IMG/VR virus record: IMGVR_UViG_3300025168_000112
Location: 1 to 54,566 of that record
Source of the DNA: a virus
Lineage: Duplodnaviria; Caudoviricetes
Reading direction: 5' to 3' (one strand)
DNA: 54,566 nucleotides
Below the pieces are notes generated by a model. The model ran no database searches. It saw only the letters and a list, made by a program, of their open reading frames with translations, and was not told where the DNA came from. Numbering within the stretch: position 1 is the stretch's first letter; each line of letters opens with the position of its first letter. The position numbers and the translations under genes are program-made. This document shows positions 1 to 11,500 of this stretch, one piece after another.

Positions 1-1
1 A

Positions 2-2503
2 CATTGTAATAAGCTTTAATCCAAAAGGAGTTTCCCTTATAAATAGATCATACACATCTCTTATAGGCATTGACCCCGCCCAAGATTTTAATCCATCGTC
101 TAAAGCTTTCCATTTTTTATAATGCTCTCTATATAAAGCATCTTTTCTGCTTCTTCCCTCAGTTATTCTAAAGTATCCTTCTTTAAATAAAGCATTGTCA
201 ACCATATTCATAGCTAACATTTGATCCATAGCTTCTGTGGGTTTAGAAACTATTTTCCCATACCTTTTCATTTGCTCTCCTAATTTATAAGGAGAATCTA
301 TGTCTAACCTTTCAATAAGCTTTTCTTGTATTTGAAACGTAATGCTAGATACTGCTTCTGCAGCTTTTTCTAATTTATTTCTTAACGTTGCTTTTTCTTT
401 TTCAGATTCTTTTGAGAGTTTTATTTTTTTAGCAACAATTGTTTGCAGATTTTTAAATGTTCCTAAAAGGTCATATATTTCCCAGAGCTCGTCAAACTCT
501 AAATACCCAGTTTCTGTAGAGTCATTTATTTTCATTCCAGTTTCTGCATACTTCATAACTTCTAAAAGTTCTTCAAAAGTATGCTGCATGTCAGACTCAT
601 TTAAAAGCTCTCTTATAGCTGTAGTAATAAGAGCAACTTGTCTTTTAATGCTAGGAGACTTAGGTCTGTTTTTTATAGCGTCGTACTTATCATACAATAC
701 TTTTAATTTAGCATCTATATCTTTATCTCCTGATTTTTCTTTAGCCATTGGCATTTCAGCTAAAAATTTGTCGTGAGAATCTCCTACTGCAAGGTATGTG
801 ATGCTTGTAAGATCTTTATTAAATCTTAAATGTACAGGTATAAGCCGGGACTCTTTAATTTTAGTAATACCGTACTGCTCTCTTAAAGTTGTTACATAAA
901 ACCCCATTTGATGTTGATAGCCTTCTCCTTTGGCTCCTCTAAATGGATCAAGTAACATATAATAATCATCTTCTTTTTTAGTTACATCTTCAAACTTTGG
1001 ACTCATAAACTTCCAGTCATATATAGAGGCTGCACCTTCAGAGTCAATAAACATAAGGTCTACAGTACCACCAGTGTCCATCTTTTTATTAAAGAGTCGG
1101 ACTTCTGTGTACATGTCTGCTTTTTTATCTTTTTCAGTTTTTTTATTAATAACTTTTTGACGTGCTATTTGCTTATCTAATACACCTTTTACTACGCTTT
1201 TTAAATCTAAAAACATTTGTTTATTTAAACCAGAGTCTTCTTTTAGTTTAGAATAACTTCTTGGTTTAACGGCGTCTTTAAGCTCTACAACATTTATGTA
1301 TTTATGATATTCAAGTTCAGAATCTTGAACCATATTTATAATAATCTCGTGCTGTATGCTGTGCATATTTGTACCCGTATCTCTAAGGAGCTTAGATCTC
1401 TCTCTGTTAGAAATACTTTTATACTCATCTATATTACCAACACTCTTAAAAAAAGATATTGATGATTGGTCTGTTGCTCTTTTAGCTACAATCTTTCCAT
1501 CTACCTTGTATCTAGCTATAACGCCATCTTCATCTGAAAGAATTTCAAACGTTCCTTCATCTATTTTTCCTTTCACCATATCAAACGTAAGATCTTTTAC
1601 GTTTTCCATGCTATCATGAGTTTTAACAATATTTTCCCTCATAATATCTTGCGTCGTAGCATCTCCTAATGACCGGAATATTGTTTCTCTTTTTGATCTA
1701 GATAATGCGTCTGCATACTTAGAGATATCTTCGCTTAATACTTTTTTGACTGCTTTTTTTACAGGGTCAGATTCAAAATTAAATACCTCCTTAAGTTTTC
1801 TTAGCAGTCTTTGCCACCATCTAGCATTTCTGTCTTTTGCTCTTTCTTTAGCATCCAACTTCATTCTATTTAGAATAACTCTTGTGATTGCTTCATCTTT
1901 TATATCTTGCTCGGTCCAATCCGCAAGCCTCCCATACTCTTCTTGTACTTCTAAGTACTCAGGTTCTTGAGCTATCCTTTCATATATAGATGTATATATA
2001 GGATCTTTTAACTCGTTCATTGCAACCACAAACATGTGAATAACCTCTTCTGGTATTTCACTTTCATTCCCTTCTACATACGTAATTGCTTTACTTATTA
2101 TATCTGCTGCTGCTATTCCAGCAATAACATTTCCTTTTCTATCTCTTAACCTGCTTACAGCTTTTTCTGTAACTCCTAATTTTTTCATTGCAGAACGCAT
2201 AGATGCAAGTACTTCTGCCTCTGCTTCTTGCACATATTTTGGAGTAACAACTACCTCTCCTTTTTCTTCGTTTTTATTGTCTATAACATTAAATAAAGGA
2301 TCATTTAAAGCAATAGTTTTTCCAACAGCCCTAAAAGGCAATCCTGGTACATCATATTTAGAAAGTATTAAGGCTGATAGCTTCCTGCTTTCTTGCATAA
2401 CAGTTGCAATAGGAGCAGTTCTTGTTATACCTTCTGCTTCAGACCTACCTAATTTTTCAAGTTCAATGTGGTCTATTATATTTTGTTTTACACTGCAAGC
2501 CAT
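2..2503 (-). CDS. Large virion/ejection protein, N-terminal part (runs off the window start), with a degenerate zincin-like domain and a PD-(D/E)xK RecB-like nuclease domain
   Basis: Absent from the ORF track, consistent with having no stop inside the window. Manual translation from ATG at 2503 (10 nt after the vRNAP stop): MACSVKQNIIDHIELEKLG...IPEEVIHMF...DEAIT...RWWQRLLRKLKEVF...RDTGTNMH...YTEVRLFNKKMDTGGTVDLMFIDSEGAASIYDWKF...YQHQMGFY. Segments were spot-checked in frame, not every codon. Confidence 0.88.
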   Translation of the reverse strand, partial: MACSVKQNIIDHIELEKLGRSEAEGITRTAPIATVMQESRKLSALILSKYDVPGLPFRAVGKTIALNDPLFNVIDNKNEEKGEVVVTPKYVQEAEAEVLASMRSAMKKLGVTEKAVSRLRDRKGNVIAGIAAADIISKAITYVEGNESEIPEEVIHMFVVAMNELKDPIYTSIYERIAQEPEYLEVQEEYGRLADWTEQDIKDEAITRVILNRMKLDAKERAKDRNARWWQRLLRKLKEVFNFESDPVKKAVKKVLSEDISKYADALSRSKRETIFRSLGDATTQDIMRENIVKTHDSMENVKDLTFDMVKGKIDEGTFEILSDEDGVIARYKVDGKIVAKRATDQSSISFFKSVGNIDEYKSISNRERSKLLRDTGTNMHSIQHEIIINMVQDSELEYHKYINVVELKDAVKPRSYSKLKEDSGLNKQMFLDLKSVVKGVLDKQIARQKVINKKTEKDKKADMYTEVRLFNKKMDTGGTVDLMFIDSEGAASIYDWKFMSPKFEDVTKKEDDYYMLLDPFRGAKGEGYQHQMGFYVTTLREQYGITKIKESRLIPVHLRFNKDLTSITYLAVGDSHDKFLAEMPMAKEKSGDKDIDAKLKVLYDKYDAIKNRPKSPSIKRQVALITTAIRELLNESDMQHTFEELLEVMKYAETGMKINDSTETGYLEFDELWEIYDLLGTFKNLQTIVAKKIKLSKESEKEKATLRNKLEKAAEAVSSITFQIQEKLIERLDIDSPYKLGEQMKRYGKIVSKPTEAMDQMLAMNMVDNALFKEGYFRITEGRSRKDALYREHYKKWKALDDGLKSWAGSMPIRDVYDLFIRETPFGLKLITM

Positions 2504-2513
2504 GTGTTATTTT

Positions 2514-5500
2514 TTAAGGGCATTCTGTAGGATCAATTGGATCTGTTTCTGAAGATTCAACTTTTTTGTTATACACTATAAAGTCAGATTTAGTATTTAA
2601 ATAAGACATTGAATCGTATCCCGTAGTTTCAATCTTTACTACACCAGTGCTTTCACCGGAATTAATTTCTCCTGTAATTAAATCTCGTGTAAAGATAAGA
2701 TTTTGATAGAGTGCTATATCTCTTTGTTTTCTAGCCATTCCAAACTCTCTGTCTTGTTGAAAGTCTGAATATCTTTTAGCATACATTAAACGCATGTTCT
2801 TAGGAGATTTAGGCTTAGTAAATTCTACCATGTTTGGAAATTTTAACATGTTTGCATGGAATAAACTTAACAGAAGCTCAGAAGAGAATTTTAAAGCGTC
2901 AGGAGTTTTAAGGTATCTACTATACAACTTAGAGGAAATTTCTGCAAATTGATCTCCAGGAAGTTTGTCTAAGAAGGAAAACGGAGTATTCATAGTACCT
3001 GCTTGTAAAATAGCTACATCAAAAAGATCTTTTGCTAAAGTGGTGTTCTTTTTAGCATCGTATGCTACAATCTCTTGGTATGAATCATACATTGCAGCCA
3101 TATCATAAATGTTTACAGCTTTAAACTCAGGTTGTATAAAATCATTTTCTACTATTTTTCCTTTTACAGACTTTCTTTCTTCCTGTACTACAGGTAAAAG
3201 AGAGTTTAAGAATACATTATTTCGTAATGGGTGCTTAGGAGAGTTTATAATCTTTGAAACAGTTACAGCTGCACTTTTTTCTCCAAACAATAAAGTTTGA
3301 GATCTATCATTTATAGCTATACCATCTTCGTTTGGAACTCTTTGAAGTATAAGAGATGTAAAAAACTGCTCTAATCTTTCTAAAGATTTTACTTTTAGAT
3401 CTAAAGGCTGCCTATTCTCTGTGTGTGTAAGCTCTTCAACTTTCATTGCATAAGCATTATTGAAGCTTTTTATTTGATTGTTGTTTACAAACAAATCTCC
3501 AAATACTTCAGATGCTACTAAAGTGTAGTTACGCATTTCTTTAAGGAAACTATTGTCTCCCTCTGTTATTTTTTCTGCGTTAGGAAAGATACCCTCAGCC
3601 ATTACTTTTTCGTAAGCCCTGTTAGTTAGTGCCATTGCAGCACGAGTCTTAGGAAGTTTGGTGTCATAAGACTGCGCAGCAATAACAGTTGTCATTCTAT
3701 CTCCAAGCTCTAAGTACATTAACAAATCATCTAGTATATGCAATTGATATGCATTTTGATCTTCTATACTTAAGTCACCTTCCTTAGTAGGAGTTTCTAT
3801 ACCTCCAATCATTTGCTTAAGTTCTGTATCAGATAAATAAGGTTTGTTTTCTGGAGATGAAATATCACTGTCAGTTTTGTATGCTCTTCTAAGTTTAGTA
3901 ATTGTGTCAGCCGGATACTCTTCCATTCCAAGTGCTTGGTATACTCTACTTGATGCTGTTTTTCTGTTCTCTATGTAATCTCTTACAATAGGCTGATTCA
4001 TAAAATAAACTATGCTTTCTAAAGGAACACCTGCTCTTAATAATACAAGTGCGGCTGGAGCTAATTCTGGACCAAGGTTTAAAATATGTATAATAGGAGT
4101 GTTTACTGTATCTACTGCTAAGTTTACAAACTGAGATATACTATCTGTAACTCTTCTATTATTTAAAACATCTGATATTCTAGATAAAGAAATTGTAGAA
4201 TCTCCTATAAACTCTCCTTCAGAATTTTTTTCTTTTTTAAACTCATCGTAATTAAAATATATTCCTAAAGAGTTTAAAAAGTTTCCGTTTACAAGTTTTA
4301 TTGATTTATTAAGATCTAACCTTAAACCAGCTTTTTGTCCTTTTACTTGATGTGTAGATGCAAGTGCGGATATACCCACATCTTTTGCTCCAGAATAAAA
4401 AGCATCTGTAATTTTAAAAATATGCGGGAGTGTAGTTTCTTCATGGTAGTCCTTTACAACTTGCAAATCTGGAAGTTCTTCGTTGTCTTTATTTTCATAC
4501 AGACTTTGAATTTCTTCAGCTAGACTTTCATAACTGTTTGTATTTACAGGACGAAGAAACTCTTTTTCTCTTCCTTTCATACTTAGTAGATCCGCTACTA
4601 CGTCTAAAGTTTTATTATGAACAGCTTGCTTGGTATTAATATCATATTTAGTAAGAGTTGGATTTTCAATTCTCCAATCTGCAAATAATTTAGGAGTTAC
4701 AAAATCTTTTCCTAGGTTAAAAAACTCTTCTGCTGAATCAAGAACATCTCCCCACATTTCTAAAGCCTCTTCTTTACTAAGATTTCTTTCTAAAGAAAGA
4801 CTTTCCATGTCCATTTCTAAATCTCTTTCTAAAAAGTCTGTAAATTCTTTTGCAAGAAGAGGGTCTTCTTTAAATTGAGCAAGAAAGTCATTAAGTTCTT
4901 TTTCATCTTTTAAATTTCTTTCTAGACCCCTTTCAAATATTTCTTCAAAGTCTTTAAGCTTTTTTCCTATTCTTTGTTGGGTTGAGCTAAACCATTTTTC
5001 TACTGTATCATAAAACTCATCGGGTCTTAAAATTACACCACCAGTTTGTTCATCTGTATAAGCCCTGTAATTTTTAAACAGTGCAGTTAACTTATCAATA
5101 TCAAAATCAGAACCTGCTTTAGTTACAAGACCTGCCGGTACATTAATCCTTGGCCCTGCAGATTGTGGTAAGAAATCTACAACTTCTATTACTTCTATAG
5201 AGTGTATACCGTCTGTAGGAATACGTATACCAATCATTTTTAAAAGTTCCTCTGAACCTTCTACAGTTATACCTCTACCTACTATTTTTCCGTTTATAAT
5301 TTTTACATTTTTACCTAACAGCTCTTTAAACCGGTGAGCTACTCTTACTTGCATTGCCCATCTACCATCAGAGTTTTCGTAAAACTTTAACTCGTTACTA
5401 GCAACTACATCTCCTATTTTTTTTACTTCATAAAATAAATCAGGTGTGTTTACAAGCATTTCACCAGCTACTTTAGGCTTGATGATTTGTGAACCTATAC

Positions 5501-8500
5501 CACTAAGGAACATAGATTCCATTCTATGTCTATCTACAAAGAAATCAAACTTAAAAGCTCCACCTTTTTCTTTCAAATAAGTCACACCTGATAAGATTGA
5601 TTTACCAAGGTCTTTTTCTATTCCCTGGTTTTCTAGTTTATCAAGTATAAGCTCATAAGATTGTTCAGATAGCATATAACCTCTAACGCCATCTTCTATA
5701 GTTGGCTGTATATCTAGCTCTGCTAGCATGTCTGTAAAAGCATTTTTAGTTGCTGCAGACATAAGACTTTGATACTCGGATTCTTTTTCTAAAGCCTCCT
5801 CACTAACAGCAACACCATCTTCATATAAGTCGGAAGATATATGAACTGCTTGCTGTGTAGGTCGTGTGGCTTTATTCTTAAATGATGGTGATATTTCTAA
5901 TTGAGACCCCATAAATCTAAGATCAAAAGTCATTCTTGAACCTTTTACAGGATCCTCAAACTCCATTTCTTCATACGCTCCATTCTCAATACCATAAGAT
6001 ACTTGAGATGTTTCTACAGCTCCTCCCACTTTCATTCCTGTTGGTATAACAAACCCACCAACCCCATTCTCTTCCATATAATCAAGAGCCTTTTTTATGT
6101 TAGGGTATTCAACCCCATTAAAGCGCTCCATATCTCTAGATATAGGAATAATAGCCATTTTAAGGAATCCCATTGCTGGACCAAGGTCTGTTAAAAAGGG
6201 ACCCATATACTGAAACTTATCCGGTGGGAATGTAGCCCCTTCTACTTCCTCATATGAAGAAGATATACCCCCCATAGATTTAGAGAATTGGCTCTCTCTA
6301 TTATTATCCCACTGATCAGAAGTTATTTTTAATAGTCTGTACGTAGGAAGGTCCACATACAAAGCTCCGTCAGCTTTCTCTATAGGTTTCTTCCACTGCT
6401 CAAGTACATCTGGAGTTACCTGCTCACTGTACATCTCTATAATTTCCTCAGACATTCTAGCCATAGGTTCTTTTATAGCTAACAAATCAATCTTTCCATC
6501 TGCCCTGTGAAGGCCTGGAGTATCATCTATCCATTTTAATATTTCTGGACTAAGATCCATAAGAGTTTTTGTACCTACAGCACCTTTAATTCTTTTAAAC
6601 ATATCAGAATAAAAGGCAGGATCACCTAAGAACATTTTAAATATCTCAGTCTTACCTATAAACTGCTTTACTACAATCTCTTCTAAAACATCATTAATGT
6701 TTTTATCAGAGAAGTCTGGATCTTCATTAGCATTTTCTTGAAATAACTCACTGCTTAAAGCATACGGTACTCGAGTACCAGATTCATTTTCTTTTTGTAA
6801 AAGACCTTTTTCAACTAAGAATGAGTCTAATTTTGCAATGTCAACATTCAGTCTTGCAGTTATATCTTTTGCAAAAGCAGCTTCGTTTTCAATCATAAAT
6901 GCCTCTAAGTAATCACTCTCTCCAGGTACTTCTGAAGTGGATTTTTTACTTGAAAACATGATTTCTTTACGAATCTGTTTTAATAGCCTTGGAGTACTTA
7001 ATAAATCTTGAACTATTCCTCTAGAATCTGTAAGGATACTGTCAAAAAATCTTAACTTCTTAATATTGTCTTTGTATTTTGAAGTGTTTTTACCTGCCTC
7101 AATTCCAATTGCAGTTGCGGCAATTTCATCTTTAAGATAGTTTAAGAAAATGCTCATCCCTTGATTTACTTTGGTAGGCATTTCTATAGGTAAACGAACT
7201 CCAAACTCTGTTACCTGGTCTGCTGCTCTTGGGAGGATAGATATACCATCTAAGATTGCATTTAAATGCATTGTAACTACGTCGTTTGAAGATAGTCTAG
7301 ATATTTTTTGACCAGTTTCACCCAGTATGTCGGCTCTTAAACCACCCATATTTATAATATCTATCTTATTTCCACCTCTCCAAGCTTCGATCGCTAAAGA
7401 ATTAGAAGCAAAAGGATTTGAAACAGGATTAAAGTACTCTATAAGGTCAGTGTATTCAAAGTTTGTAAGTGCAGATATGTAGTGATTTCTTATAATAGAA
7501 TACTCCATATTACCCTCACTATTCAAGTACTGGAACTCTACTTCACTATTTCCTGTCCTTAACTCTATATCTGCAAGTGCTCTTGCTCTAGTAACAGCTC
7601 CAGACTTATCCCTTGAAAATATTGTAGCAAAAGATTCTTTTCTAGATATTATATCATCAATAATCCACTCTTGATCTTTTTTAAATCCTAAGAAGGCTTG
7701 GTTTATTTCTTCTTCTTTTTCTTCAAGCATGTAAACAATCTCTTCTTCAAATGCATTTGGAAAAGATTTTTCTAAAGCTGCTCTCTCTAGATCTTCATTA
7801 AAAGTAAATATTTTCTCTACTTCCTTTGGATCTGTAAATTCTATTCCTAAAGGCTTATATAAAGCTATTATAGTAGCTACATCATTAGATTTTTTTGCTC
7901 TGTTAAAAAGGCCTGTCATAGTAGTTTCTATGAGTGTTCCTTTTGGAGATACAAAATTGAATTTTGCGCTTTTATTTATTAAAATTTTACCGTCTTTGTC
8001 TAAGGTTACATGGTTAGACTTTTTATTTGTCTGAGCCCCAAAGTTTTTAAGTCTAGAAGTCCAGTTATAAGAAATCTTTTTTAGAGCCCCTTCTTTTGCG
8101 GGATCCATTGTATATATACGACCATTAGGTTCTACTGACGCAATAGATACATCTAATTTTACTTGTGCCATGTGTACAGCAAAAGCAATTCTAGGTGCTA
8201 TTTGAGAATAAGTTTTACCCTCAGGGTTTATATCTATTCTTTTTACAAGATCTGCTGCCCAAGGAAACTTGTCTTTATTTTGCTTAAGCTTTTTAATTTG
8301 ATTTGCAAAGCTTGTACTTCCTGCAAGAAGATTCTGTGCAGATTTTAAGGTGGTAGACATATTATATGCTCCGTTAAGACCTGTACTGTTAACAGTATTA
8401 GGATCTTCAAACATGCTAAAAATCAGTTTGATTAATCCTGAAGCGCTTTTAGAAGGAGATATAGTTAAAGCATCTAACTCATCCACCCAGTCTTTTGATG

Positions 8501-11500
8501 TAAGAGTCTCTTCATCTATCTCTACACCTTCTTCCTTTACTAATCCAATATCAGTTAAGTATCCATAATGAGCACGTATAGCTTGTTTTACAGTTTCTTT
8601 TTTCTCATTAGAAGATCTACCTATTCTATCTAAAGTTTCAGTTATTGCAGGCTTCCTTTCACTAAATCTGTCAAGTTCGTTTTCTAACGTTATTAGCTTT
8701 TCCCGCAAATTTGAAATGCCTTTTAAATACAAAGCATTTAAACTCTTTTTGCCCAATGGAGTATTGAAAATATCTCCTGTATACAATTCACCAAGCTCTA
8801 CCTTATAAGCTTTTCCACCGTATCTAAAAGTTTTATCTATAAGCCCACCTAACTCTACTGATATACTAGATATCATATCATTAGTATAAACATCATTCCA
8901 CCCTTCTATGCTTTGAAGCATGTTGTATACTCCGGCGTCGGATCTTCCTTGGTGCCTTTTTGCTTTAGCAAACTTACCTTTGTCTATAGATTCAAAAAGA
9001 CCTTCTATAGATGTTATAGAGGAATCAAATTCAAAGTTTTCATTTAATCTAAACAGTCTTCTAAGTACAGATTTAATAACATCAAAGAACTTTTGAATTA
9101 TATTACGTGTATCTGTAACTGTTCCTTCTCCAAACTTGTAGTCTTTACCCATAAGAATATACTTACGGAACTCTTCAGCCGCCCATTCTTCTGCCTCCTT
9201 GTTTGTAAGGTCAGACATTTTCTTTGTCTCTCCTTTATAAGTTACAGTCTCTCCAGGTATCTCTCGTATCTTCTTATAGAGTGTTTTAGAGTCTTTAGGG
9301 GACAACACATATAGAGATACATTATGAAAAGCCTCGTGAAATATAGCTCCAGAAGGCGCTAATTCACTTAATACAACTTTACCAAAAGACACTAATTGAG
9401 CTACTGCTTTACCGTCTAATGAATCAAGGGCTGCCTCAGAAGTTGCTATTTCTAAAGAGGTCATTTTAAGAGCTCTTTGTATTTCTGTCTGAGTGTCTTT
9501 AGAGTAACTTGAAAGAAGCTCTTCTAATGCTTTAGCTTGATCTTCAAGTAAATTAAAAAGATCTTTATCAGTGTCTTCAGATTCATCTAGTGTTTGATTC
9601 AACCAATTTTCAACAATGTCAGAATCAAAATTAAAGCTAGAATTAGCTAGAAAGTTTTTATCTGCTGAGTCATAATACCCTAAAGTATCTCCTCCTTTAA
9701 CAGTTACTTTAAACCATATTTCATCATCCTGCTTTTCTGCCCAAATATCTTCTGGTTTAATTGTGTCAGTGTATCCCAACTTCTTGTGAGTTGCCTCTAG
9801 AGTACCTGAACCAGAAAGACCTTCAAAAAACCCTTCTATTTCTTCGTTTGGATCTACAGGAGGATCTTCTGCTTCTTCTTCAGCTTTCTTTTCAGAAGCT
9901 TCCTTCTTTTTTTTATTTTTTCTATGCTTTTCATAAAAGTCTTTATCTGCAAAAGGCGCGTTTGGGTCTGGATCTACACCCAGCTCTACTGTGTCTCCTA
10001 CTTCTGGATCTTCTCCTGGATCTTCTTCTGGATCAATACCTGAAAGTGCGTTTTCTAAATCGTCTAATTCAGAAGAACTTCCTGCAGTAGGATCGTCTCC
10101 TATATCGTCGCTAGTGTCTTCAGGGTCAAATTCATCTTCACCCTCTATATCTGAAAAAACAGCTTGTCCTCCAGGAGCAGCTTGATCTTCTATATCAAAG
10201 GTTGCAGTAGACATAAGAGTTTTGCCATACACAAGATAACCTCCACCTGCTCTAGGATTTGTAAAAGAAACTTCTTTTAAAGGTCTAGCTTCTGTATATA
10301 AAGGAGCCTCTCCAGACGTGTCTTTGCTAAGTAAGAAATGATTGTAATTAGGATGCTCTGAAGACTTGGTTTGAGAAATAGTTAAATCTTTATTAAGTAC
10401 TACGTTTATATACTTTGATTTAGCGTTGTTTTTATACCTGTTACCGTAGCCCTTAGTTGTTTTTTTAGTCTTTGAATTTTTATTTGAAAACTGGGTTCTT
10501 TTAACACTGTCTTTTAAAAGAGTCCCTCGAACATTATGTCTTTTAGTTTTAAGAAACTCTAAAAGCTCTTCTCCTTTTTCAGTATTCTCCTCCATGTCTT
10601 CAAGAGTAGCATACTCATCCATTTCTTTAAAGTAAACTACAAGATCATTATCTTTTAGCCTGTAAGCTAATCGAAATTTAGAATCTTCTGCATTTAAAAT
10701 ATGCACCATAGATCTAATCTGGGCTCTTAACGTTACGCTTTCGTTACCGTACTCAAGAGAAAATCTTTCTGCCTTTTTTAAAGCATCTACGTTTGATAGA
10801 CCACTTTCTTTAGCTGCAGCAAATTCTTTTAGTAGTAGTTTAAAAAGTCTTTGTACTTGAACAGCTTTTGTCTCTCCCAACTCTGATCTCCTCATAAATA
10901 TAGGCATGTGCCTAACGTGGTCATAAGCAACTATCTGACCGGGGCGTACCATAACAGAGTTTGCCTTTTTAATAAACTTGATAGTATCATATTTATACTC
11001 ACCCTCTGCATTTGGGTCTGTGTTCTTAATTACTTTTCCTACTGCTATTTTTACATTTTCAAGATTAGTACTCATTATAGAATCAGATGCGTAGTTTTCT
11101 TCGCCTCTATCAAGTAGTATAGTACCAGGAGATTTACCAGTTATTGGAGCTATAAGGAGTTGATTCGTATCATTTATTTTTTTCCTTATGTCATTATTAT
11201 ACTCTTTTTGTATGTCTTCTATTTCACTCTTAGATAAATTATCAATTTTGTTTGTGAACTTGTTTTCTCCTCTTTTATTTTTTACAGTTGGATCTTCAAT
11301 AGAAGTAAAGACGGCTCCTTTTGTTTCTCCGTCCCTTACAAACTGAATTGATATTTTACCAGTAGTTGCATTTCTAACTTTTCTTACAAGAGCTACTTTT
11401 ATATCCTTGTACTTAGCATCTTTATTATTTTGATGGTACCAAGTTCCTTCTAGATCTGCAGCAACATCTTCAGGTACAACTGTATCTTCAGATATAAATG

